A stretch of 30,666 nucleotides of DNA from Flavobacteriales bacterium (GTDB lineage: Bacteria > Bacteroidota > Bacteroidia > Flavobacteriales > Flavobacteriaceae), in NCBI GenBank assembly GCA_027033875.1, contig JALVKK010000171.1, forward strand, positions 1 to 30,666, given 5' to 3'. Below, one piece after another: positions 23,835 through 30,666 of the stretch (position 1 is the first letter of the stretch; each line of letters begins with the position of its first letter). The position numbers and the translations under genes are program-made. Under the pieces are notes generated by a model, which worked only from the letters and a program-made list of their open reading frames with translations, was not told where the DNA came from and ran no database searches.

Positions 23835-24518
23835 TCAGGCAAATCTAAGTTCTAACAACTGTAATAATCGAAATTCGTACTCATCTTTGCCTTCCCAATC
23901 ATCATATTTCGGTTTAACCTCCCGATTGATATATCTAAGCGCATCTTCATAATTGTCAAATGTGTTGAGACGATCAACAAAATACGTATAAAAATCATTG
24001 TCTCCGGCAAACAGATGTTTGATAAAGGCAATTCTATCATTCAAACCTATATTCATTTTTTTTAAAGATTTAGCAGATGTCGGTATTTGACTATCAGAAG
24101 TCGTTTTGTTTTGTCCTTTTGGCACAAAACGCATTTTGCCGGCTTGTTTATAAGGATTTGTCTCCGGCTCATTCGTATTCTGTTGTGTTTCTATCTGTTT
24201 TGTTTCCGGTTTTAGATTTTCTTTTTCTTCATTATTCAGATTTTCTTTTACAGCCTGAGGCTCTTCTTCTTTTTTCTTTTCTACCGGTAAGCCGATGTTT
24301 TCCAAAACTTCTGCTTTTTTAATCTTTAAAATTGCCATCAATTCACTTGTATCCAACTGTTCTTTCAATACCATAATAGCCGCCATCTTTTCTTGCAATT
24401 GACGAGTGGCACTATACAAACTATTCAAATCTTTTTGATGAATATTTTGCAAAATATCTTTGGTAAGTAAAATCAATTCAGCTCTTAAAATATTGGCTAA
24501 TTCATTGTTTTTGTCCAT
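23835..24518 (-). CDS. Conserved Bacteroidota hypothetical protein upstream of rsmI
   Basis: Charged linker followed by a C-terminal IGLNDRIAFIKHLF.GD..Y...L..F..W.GKDEY..RL..L.E.RFA block. Confidence 0.8.
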   Translation of the reverse strand: MDKNNELANILRAELILLTKDILQNIHQKDLNSLYSATRQLQEKMAAIMVLKEQLDTSELMAILKIKKAEVLENIGLPVEKKKEEEPQAVKENLNNEEKENLKPETKQIETQQNTNEPETNPYKQAGKMRFVPKGQNKTTSDSQIPTSAKSLKKMNIGLNDRIAFIKHLFAGDNDFYTYFVDRLNTFDNYEDALRYINREVKPKYDDWEGKDEYEFRLLQLLELRFA

Positions 24519-24736
24519 AATAAATAAATTTACAACTAATTGAATATCAAAATGTAAAAACAGATTGTTTATTGTTAATAAAAAAAACGGGATAATAATA
24601 TAAAAATTGTCGAAAAATAAATTATTTTCGTTGTTACAAATTTAATTAAAAAAACAAACATAAAAGAATTTACTTAAATGAACTTATAATCCTTATGGTT
24701 CAAATAAATAACAATGATAAATAATTACCTTGTAAT

Positions 24737-25333
24737 ATGTTTTTAGAAATACCTGTAAATCACAAAGACAATCTCGGTTGGATAGAAGTCATTACCGGCA
24801 GTATGTTTTCGGGAAAAACCGAAGAATTGATTCGGCGGTTGAAACGGGCACAATTCGCCAAACAAAAGGTCGAAATTTTTAAACCGAAAATTGACACCCG
24901 TTACCATGAAACCAATATTGTATCTCATGACAAAAACGAAATCCGCTCAACCGCAGTTTCATCACCACAAGAAATTTTATTATTATCGGAAGATGTCGAT
25001 GTTGTCGGTATAGACGAAGCGCAATTTTTTTCAAATGAAATAGTTGATGTTTGCAACACTCTGGCTAACAAAGGATTAAGAGTAATAGTGGCAGGCTTAG
25101 ATATGGATTTTATGGGCAAACCTTTCGGACCTATGCCCTATCTGATGGCAGTAGCCGAATACGTTACCAAAGTACATGCCGTATGTACACGAACAGGTAA
25201 TTTGGCTCATTACAGTTACCGCCTGACTGATGACGATAAATTGGTCTTGCTCGGCGAAACACAAGAATACGAACCATTGAGTCGCACCGCTTACGTAAAA
25301 GCTATGACAGAACGGCAAAAAAAGAAAAATTAA
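24737..25333 (+). CDS. tdk: Thymidine kinase
   Basis: [49 protein letters not shown]. Confidence 0.97.
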   Translation: MFLEIPVNHKDNLGWIEVITGSMFSGKTEELIRRLKRAQFAKQKVEIFKPKIDTRYHETNIVSHDKNEIRSTAVSSPQEILLLSEDVDVVGIDEAQFFSNEIVDVCNTLANKGLRVIVAGLDMDFMGKPFGPMPYLMAVAEYVTKVHAVCTRTGNLAHYSYRLTDDDKLVLLGETQEYEPLSRTAYVKAMTERQKKKN

Positions 25334-25335
25334 CA

Positions 25336-26430
25336 ATGCGTGAAAGTTATATCGAAATTGACGGCAATCGCCTGAAACATAATCTGAACCTCATCAAAAA
25401 ACACTTAGATCCCGGCACTAAAATTCTTGCCAATCTCAAAGCTAATGCCTATGGTTTGGGAGCTTATGAAATCGGAAGTTTTCTTGAACAATCAGAAGTT
25501 ACGTATTTTTCGGTAGCCTATATCAATGAAGCAATAGCTCTAAGACAAAAAGGTATTCATACAAATTTATTGGTTTTTAATCCGTCATTTGACAGTTTTG
25601 ACGAATTAATCACTTATAATTTGGAACCGCAAATCGGTTCGTTAGCTTACCTCAACAAATTAACAGAATATATTTCAAGAGGTAACATTACCGGATTGCC
25701 GGTACACATTAAGTTGGATACCGGTATGCACCGCGCAGGAATTATGCCGGAAGAATTGTACAAACTTATTCAAATACTCCAACAAAACAAAAATATAGTC
25801 GTAAAAAGCGTTTTTTCTCACTTAGCTGCAGCTGAAGACCCCGAAGAAGATGCTTTTACCCGTAAGCAAATAGAAACATTTGAATTGATAACAAATAAAC
25901 TATCTGCTAATTTAAACTCGAAATTTTTCAGACATCTACTCAACACCGCCGGCATTTTTCGTTTTCCGCAAGCTCGATACGATATGGTAAGACCGGGCTT
26001 GGGATTGTTCGGATTATATCCGGTTGCCGGACAAGAAGACAGTTTGCAACCTATTGCTCGAGTCAAAACCAAAATCAATCAAATCAAAGAATTAAAAGCA
26101 GGTGATACCGTCGGATATAACCGGCGTTATAAAGTTACAGATAATAAACGAATAGGCTTGCTACCACTAGGCTACGCCGACGGTATAGACAGACGACTGG
26201 GGAACGGCAATTTTTACGTCAAATGTAAGGGTTATAATATCCCTGTTGTAGGAACTATCAATATGGACAGTATCAATATAGATCTGAGTGATACACCTTG
26301 CCGTCAAGGCGATGAAGTTATCGTTTTTGACAATGACCGCAGTATTTATGATATAGCTTGCCGTCTCAATACCATTCCGTATGAAATTATTGCCGGATTA
26401 AGCGAACGTTTACCTCGCAAAATTATTTGA
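25336..26430 (+). CDS. alr: Alanine racemase
   Basis: LKANAYGLG (PLP lysine), HIKLDTGMHRAG, SHLAAAE, MVRPGLGLFG, GDTVGY, GYADG, PYEII. Confidence 0.96.
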   Translation: MRESYIEIDGNRLKHNLNLIKKHLDPGTKILANLKANAYGLGAYEIGSFLEQSEVTYFSVAYINEAIALRQKGIHTNLLVFNPSFDSFDELITYNLEPQIGSLAYLNKLTEYISRGNITGLPVHIKLDTGMHRAGIMPEELYKLIQILQQNKNIVVKSVFSHLAAAEDPEEDAFTRKQIETFELITNKLSANLNSKFFRHLLNTAGIFRFPQARYDMVRPGLGLFGLYPVAGQEDSLQPIARVKTKINQIKELKAGDTVGYNRRYKVTDNKRIGLLPLGYADGIDRRLGNGNFYVKCKGYNIPVVGTINMDSINIDLSDTPCRQGDEVIVFDNDRSIYDIACRLNTIPYEIIAGLSERLPRKII

Positions 26431-26841
26431 TCAAAGGTTTGTCCGATTTTCTTGACAAATTTCAACCAATATACCACCGGTTGATTTGGGATGGACAAAA
26501 GCTACCAACTTATTATCCGCTCCGGCTTTGGCTTGTTCGTTTATCAAAACAAAACCTTCTTGTTTGAGAACAAACATTTTTTGCTCAATATCATCTACTT
26601 CAAAAGCAATATGATGCATAGCCTCGCCTTTCTTATCAAGAAATTTTTGAATTGGACTATCCGGACGAGTCGGTGCCAATAGTTCGATTTTGCTTTCTCC
26701 GGTTTTAAAAAAAGATGTAACAACACCTTCACTTTCAACCTTTTCACGTTTGTAAGATAAAGTATTGAGCAGTTTGGCAAAACGCTTTTCCGCTTCGTCA
26801 ATATCTTTGACCGCAATACCGATATGTTCTATTTTTTTCAT
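26431..26841 (-). CDS. mce: Methylmalonyl-CoA epimerase
   Basis: IEHIGIAVKD, GESKIELL, FLDKKGEAMHHIAFEV, AFVHPKSTGGILVEICQ. Confidence 0.95.
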   Translation of the reverse strand: MKKIEHIGIAVKDIDEAEKRFAKLLNTLSYKREKVESEGVVTSFFKTGESKIELLAPTRPDSPIQKFLDKKGEAMHHIAFEVDDIEQKMFVLKQEGFVLINEQAKAGADNKLVAFVHPKSTGGILVEICQENRTNL

Positions 26842-26970
26842 ATTATTGAGGAATTGAGGATTTGTTATACTTCAATGAATATTTTTGAACTTTGATGATT
26901 GTTTATTATTTCAAAGCATATTCCTGTATATAATTTGAGGAATGAGGTATTGAGGAAATTATTCAATTTG

Positions 26971-27003
26971 AGATTTCACAGTCGTACCTCCGTCAAAATG
27001 ACA
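26971..27003 (-). repeat. Degenerate REP-like element
   Basis: The minus strand reads TGTCATTTTGACGGAGGTACGACTGTGAAATCT, resembling from memory the GTCATT...GAAATCT REP class. Confidence 0.45.
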
Positions 27004-27121
27004 CTCATGACTTATTTAACTATCTATTCAAAATTTCACTTTCAATTCTATTCCCTACAAACACGTAATCTCACTACTTGTCGTTTTGTCGCATTCTACC
27101 GAGAATAAATAATTTTCGTCT

Positions 27122-28309
27122 TTATTCATTACTAAAATCTTCGATTTTTTTTACCTTTTCATAAACTTTTTTAAACAAATCAGCTTCTATACCTGTAAAT
27201 TCTTTTTGACGACGTTTCATAACGGCAGTGGCAACTTCAACGGCTTTGTCATAACGATAATCCGTATATTGTTGTCCGCCCCATTTAAAAGAAGGGAAAA
27301 ATTTCGGTTGGTAATCGCCTCCGAAAATATTGCTACTCACTCCTACTACGGTACCGGTATTAAACATTGTAGCAATACCGCATTTGGAATGATCACCCAT
27401 AATCAAACCGCAAAACTGCAAACCCGTATCGACAAAATCCTTTTGCGTATAATCCCAAAGTTTGACTTTAGAATAATTATTTTTCAGATTTGAATTATTG
27501 GTATCCGCACCCAAATTGCACCATTCGGCAATCACCGAATCACCTAAATAGCCGTCGTGTCCTTTGTTGGCATAACCAAAAAAAACACTATCCTTTATCT
27601 CACCACCGGCTTTGGTAAATGGACCTAAAGTCGTCCCGCCGTATATTTTAGCTCCCATTTTTACAACACTGTTGTCTAGTGCCGCAAAAGGACCGCGAAT
27701 CATACTTCCTTCAAGTATTTTGACATTTTTACCGATATATACCGGACCCTCGTCCGTATTAAATATCACCGCTTCCACTACAGCACCTTTTTCGATAAAA
27801 ACCGGATATTTACCTGTTTTCGTATTGGTCCGGGACAAAACCTGCGAATCGCGATTACGGGTTACCAATACATAATCGGCTGTAATTTGACCGGCATTGA
27901 AACTAAAAATATCATAAGGTTTTTTGATGCTTACAACCGGTTTTTGATAAACTATTGTTTTGCCTTTAAAATTTTGAACAGTGTCCGGATTCAACTGACC
28001 GGCTCTAAAAGCCAAAACCTTATCGTTGTAAACAAGTTGTTCGTTTGATTGCAAATTTTGAACGGCTTTTACCAAATCTTTTTCCGGCAACAACGCAGCG
28101 TTGATATATATATTATCCGCTTCAAAATGTACGGGAAATTTTTCGGAGAGATAAGCCTCCGATAACGAACTGACCGGACTGTCCAAATAATATTCCCATT
28201 TTTCTTTGATAGTCAATATACCGCAACGAATATCACTTACCGGTCTGAAATAAGTCAAAGGTAATAAAGATTTTTTGATAAAATTTTCGTCAAAAACTAT
28301 ATAATTCAT
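27122..28309 (-). CDS. GlmU-like putative sugar nucleotidyltransferase with left-handed beta-helix (Bacteroidota type)
   Basis: LLPLTYFRPVSDIRCGILTIKEKW, hexapeptide-like region, KGHDGYLGDSVIAEWCNLGADTNNSNLKNNY, GLIMGDHSK. Confidence 0.85.
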   Translation of the reverse strand: MNYIVFDENFIKKSLLPLTYFRPVSDIRCGILTIKEKWEYYLDSPVSSLSEAYLSEKFPVHFEADNIYINAALLPEKDLVKAVQNLQSNEQLVYNDKVLAFRAGQLNPDTVQNFKGKTIVYQKPVVSIKKPYDIFSFNAGQITADYVLVTRNRDSQVLSRTNTKTGKYPVFIEKGAVVEAVIFNTDEGPVYIGKNVKILEGSMIRGPFAALDNSVVKMGAKIYGGTTLGPFTKAGGEIKDSVFFGYANKGHDGYLGDSVIAEWCNLGADTNNSNLKNNYSKVKLWDYTQKDFVDTGLQFCGLIMGDHSKCGIATMFNTGTVVGVSSNIFGGDYQPKFFPSFKWGGQQYTDYRYDKAVEVATAVMKRRQKEFTGIEADLFKKVYEKVKKIEDFSNE

Positions 28310-28423
28310 TTACTAAAAATTTGATTTATAAGAATATCCATATCAAGAATGTTTGACAAAAATACGTAAAAAAATATTTTGAAAACTCTTTTTTATTAGT
28401 AAATTCGCCTTAAAAACAAGCCC

Positions 28424-29077
28424 ATGAAAACGCCCGTTATTGCGCCCTCAATATTGTCTGCCGATTTTTCCGATTTGACAAAAACTTTTAAAATGCTTAA
28501 CCAAAGCGAAGCCCAATGGATTCACTTGGACGTTATGGACGGCAATTTTGTTCCCAATATTAGTTTCGGTATGCCCGTAATCAAAAGTTTACGCAAACTT
28601 ACCACAAAGGTTTTTGATGCTCATTTAATGATAGAAAAACCGGAACGATATATTCACAATTTTAAACTCGTTGGAGTAGATGTTTTAACGGTGCATTACG
28701 AAACTCAAACCCATTTGAATCGCACAGTTGATTTGATAAAAAAAATCGGTATGAAAGCCGGTGTAGCTCTCAATCCGCATACACCTGTCAGTTTACTAAA
28801 AGACATCGTTGCCGAACTGGATTTGATATTGATTATGTCCGTCAATCCCGGATATAGCGGACAACAATTTATCGAACATACTTACCGAAAAATTGCGGAA
28901 ACCAAAGATTTAATTCTCGCCGGCAATTCAAAAACCTTAATTGAAGTTGACGGAGGAGTCAATGACACCAATGCTTCCAAATTGTTTACGGCAGGCGCCG
29001 ATATTTTAGTTGCTGCAAGTTATATTTTTAATCATGATAATCCTTTGAAAGCTATTAATAATTTAAAGTATTTTTAA
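28424..29077 (+). CDS. rpe: Ribulose-phosphate 3-epimerase
   Basis: IAPSILSADF, HLDVMDGNFVPNISFG, DAHLMI, MSVNPG..GQQFI, IEVDGGV. Confidence 0.97.
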   Translation: MKTPVIAPSILSADFSDLTKTFKMLNQSEAQWIHLDVMDGNFVPNISFGMPVIKSLRKLTTKVFDAHLMIEKPERYIHNFKLVGVDVLTVHYETQTHLNRTVDLIKKIGMKAGVALNPHTPVSLLKDIVAELDLILIMSVNPGYSGQQFIEHTYRKIAETKDLILAGNSKTLIEVDGGVNDTNASKLFTAGADILVAASYIFNHDNPLKAINNLKYF

Positions 29078-29185
29078 AATTTGCATTTTTTGATTATTAA
29101 TATTTCAAAACTTTGATTTTCAATATATTAATATTTTTTACAAAACTTTTTAAATAAAAAATTTTTATATATTAATGACTTTTCT

Positions 29186-29193
29186 TAAATTTG
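29186..29193 (+). promoter_or_regulatory. -7 promoter element of the NUDIX gene
   Basis: TAAATTTG 18 bp upstream of ATG 29212. Confidence 0.55.
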
Positions 29194-29211
29194 TTTGAAA
29201 AATTAAGAACA

Positions 29212-29823
29212 ATGTCCTATAAAATTTACATATTTAATAAAGCTATAATACTAACGGACAATCTTAATGAAAGTTCTAAAAACATTTATGCTTTTAATTC
29301 TGTAAATTTGGACAAAATTATCAACAAACTACAAACGAATATTTTTTCGGAAATCTATCTTTATCACCCTCATCTGGATGAAGCTTGGCAAATATTTAAA
29401 ACCCATTTTGACGTTATTGAAGCTGCCGGTGGGATTGTTGAAAACGACGAACATAAGTATTTATTTATCTTTAGAAACGGTAAATGGGATTTGCCGAAAG
29501 GCAAAATGGAACCGGGAGAAAACCCCTCCGAAACAGCTATCAGAGAAGTCAAAGAAGAATGTGGTATTCAAAATATAAATATCGACCATTTTTTATTGGA
29601 TACTTATCACCTGTTTAATGATAACAATAAAAAACGCCTCAAAATTACACACTGGTTTAAAATGAATGAACTGGAAAAGAGTAATTTAGTTCCGCAAACC
29701 GAAGAAGGTATAGAACGCGTAGAATGGATTGATATTAATAATAATGATTTTGCGCTTGAAAATTCCTATGAAAATATCAAATTACTTTTTTCCGATTTAA
29801 ACAAATTAAACAATTTAAAATAA
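29212..29823 (+). CDS. NUDIX hydrolase
   Basis: AAGGIV..LFIFRNGKWDLPKGK and Nudix box GKMEPGE-x7-REVKEECGI. Confidence 0.93.
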   Translation: MSYKIYIFNKAIILTDNLNESSKNIYAFNSVNLDKIINKLQTNIFSEIYLYHPHLDEAWQIFKTHFDVIEAAGGIVENDEHKYLFIFRNGKWDLPKGKMEPGENPSETAIREVKEECGIQNINIDHFLLDTYHLFNDNNKKRLKITHWFKMNELEKSNLVPQTEEGIERVEWIDINNNDFALENSYENIKLLFSDLNKLNNLK

Positions 29824-29869
29824 CAACTCTTTCTAAAAAAAGATACCATTTTTACTTAATCATAAAAAA

Positions 29870-30666
29870 TTATTTACCGGATATAAAATCAATATTCCGC
29901 TTCAAGCCGTTGTATTTGGTTCGTTTTACGGCTGATTTTTTAAAAATATCCCTAAAAATCTTTTCGGTAATTTCTTCCCAATCCTGTTTGGTCATTTGTA
30001 GCAAGTCGGGGTGGGGAGTAAAAAAAGGCTCCTTGTGTGGTAAGCTGAATTTGTTCCAAGGACACACATCTTGACACACATCACAACCAAATATCCAATC
30101 ATCAAATTTATCTCTCATATCAGCCGGCAATTCATCTCTCAATTCAATAGTCAAATATGAAATACATCTATTTGCATTTATAGTCTTATTGTCAAGAATA
30201 GCTTCGGTAGGACAAGCATCAATACAATTAGTACAAGTGCCGCAATGATCAGTCGGAAACGGCTTATCGTAAACTTCAAAATCCAAATCCGATATGATTT
30301 CAGCTAAAAAGAAAAACGAGCCTTTATTTTTTTGGATAATTAAGCTGTGCTTACCTTCCCATCCTATACCTGCCCTACGTGCCCAAGCCCGCTCAAGCAC
30401 CGGTGCCGAATCGGTGAAAACACGTCCTTCAACTTTTCCTATCGTTGCATCAATGAAGTTAACCAACTCCCGTAGCTTGTCTTTGAGCAAAAAATGATAG
30501 TCTTTGCCGTAGGTATATTTGGCTATTTTGTAAGTATTTGCAATTTGTTTTTGTTCCGGAAAATAATTGTAAGATAAAGAAATAACAGATTTGGCTCCGG
30601 GCACCAACAAACGCGGGTCCAATCGTTTGTCAAAATGATGTTCCATGTACGACATCTTGCCATGGT
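29870..30666 (-). CDS. queG: Epoxyqueuosine reductase, 5'-truncated by the window edge
   Basis: Frame is open to the edge ([13 protein letters not shown]). [51 protein letters not shown]. Confidence 0.96.
   Translation of the reverse strand, partial: HGKMSYMEHHFDKRLDPRLLVPGAKSVISLSYNYFPEQKQIANTYKIAKYTYGKDYHFLLKDKLRELVNFIDATIGKVEGRVFTDSAPVLERAWARRAGIGWEGKHSLIIQKNKGSFFFLAEIISDLDFEVYDKPFPTDHCGTCTNCIDACPTEAILDNKTINANRCISYLTIELRDELPADMRDKFDDWIFGCDVCQDVCPWNKFSLPHKEPFFTPHPDLLQMTKQDWEEITEKIFRDIFKKSAVKRTKYNGLKRNIDFISGK

Noticed and set aside
24737-25333. Thymidine kinase lacking the full zinc-binding cysteine set
   Set aside because: As I recall, reduced Cys ligands are typical of Bacteroidota thymidine kinases; catalytic motifs are intact.
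17178-26433. Stop-codon overlaps of convergent genes (TTAA at 17178-17181, TGATCA at 26428-26433)
   Set aside because: Ordinary compact gene packing.
13047-29211. Longest-ORF starts at 13047, 15963, 18244, 20256, 20525, 23842 and 29191
   Set aside because: Downstream ATGs (13107, 15936, 18235, 20154, 20543, 23821, 29212) fit promoter position or family N-termini better.
231-30497. Short antisense or alternate-frame ORFs in the track (e.g. 10312-10710, 11588-11986, 13221-13619, 16666-17061, 18689-19036, 21511-21927, 26899-27108)
   Set aside because: They overlap well-supported genes or low-complexity intergenic DNA and show no recognisable motifs; treated as shadow ORFs.
1-30666. Prophage, IS, integrase, tRNA or rRNA genes
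   Set aside because: No ORF with recombinase, transposase or phage motifs, and no tRNA/rRNA-like sequence was recognised.

Overview
AT-rich chromosomal DNA of a Bacteroidota (Flavobacteriia-like) organism, judged from T9SS cargo proteins, gldA, SusC/SusD and TAnnTTTG promoters. Positions ~6.7-30.7 kb are mostly housekeeping genes (rpmE2, class II HMG-CoA reductase, pseudouridine synthase, gldA, rpiB, rsmI, tdk, alr, mce, rpe, queG). This part also holds several oddities: a thioredoxin-like/glutaredoxin fusion paired with an orphan GroES, a tail-less SSB, a KimA-like transporter, an uncharacterised FMN TIM-barrel-like protein ('gene X', 20543-22339) and a KDN/KDO-phosphatase homologue lacking its catalytic aspartates. 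Positions 1-6.7 kb look foreign (fewer CCGG sites). They contain an intact SusC/SusD pair followed by a ~1.9 kb mosaic of fragments: two independently truncated, synonymously diverged promoter+5' copies of gene X, an AbiEi/AbiEii-type toxin-antitoxin locus with its middle deleted, a possible half attC-like site, and the 3' end of a second SusD. No tRNA, rRNA, CRISPR array, integrase or transposase was recognised. All family assignments come from motif recognition by eye, not database searches, and all counts are manual.
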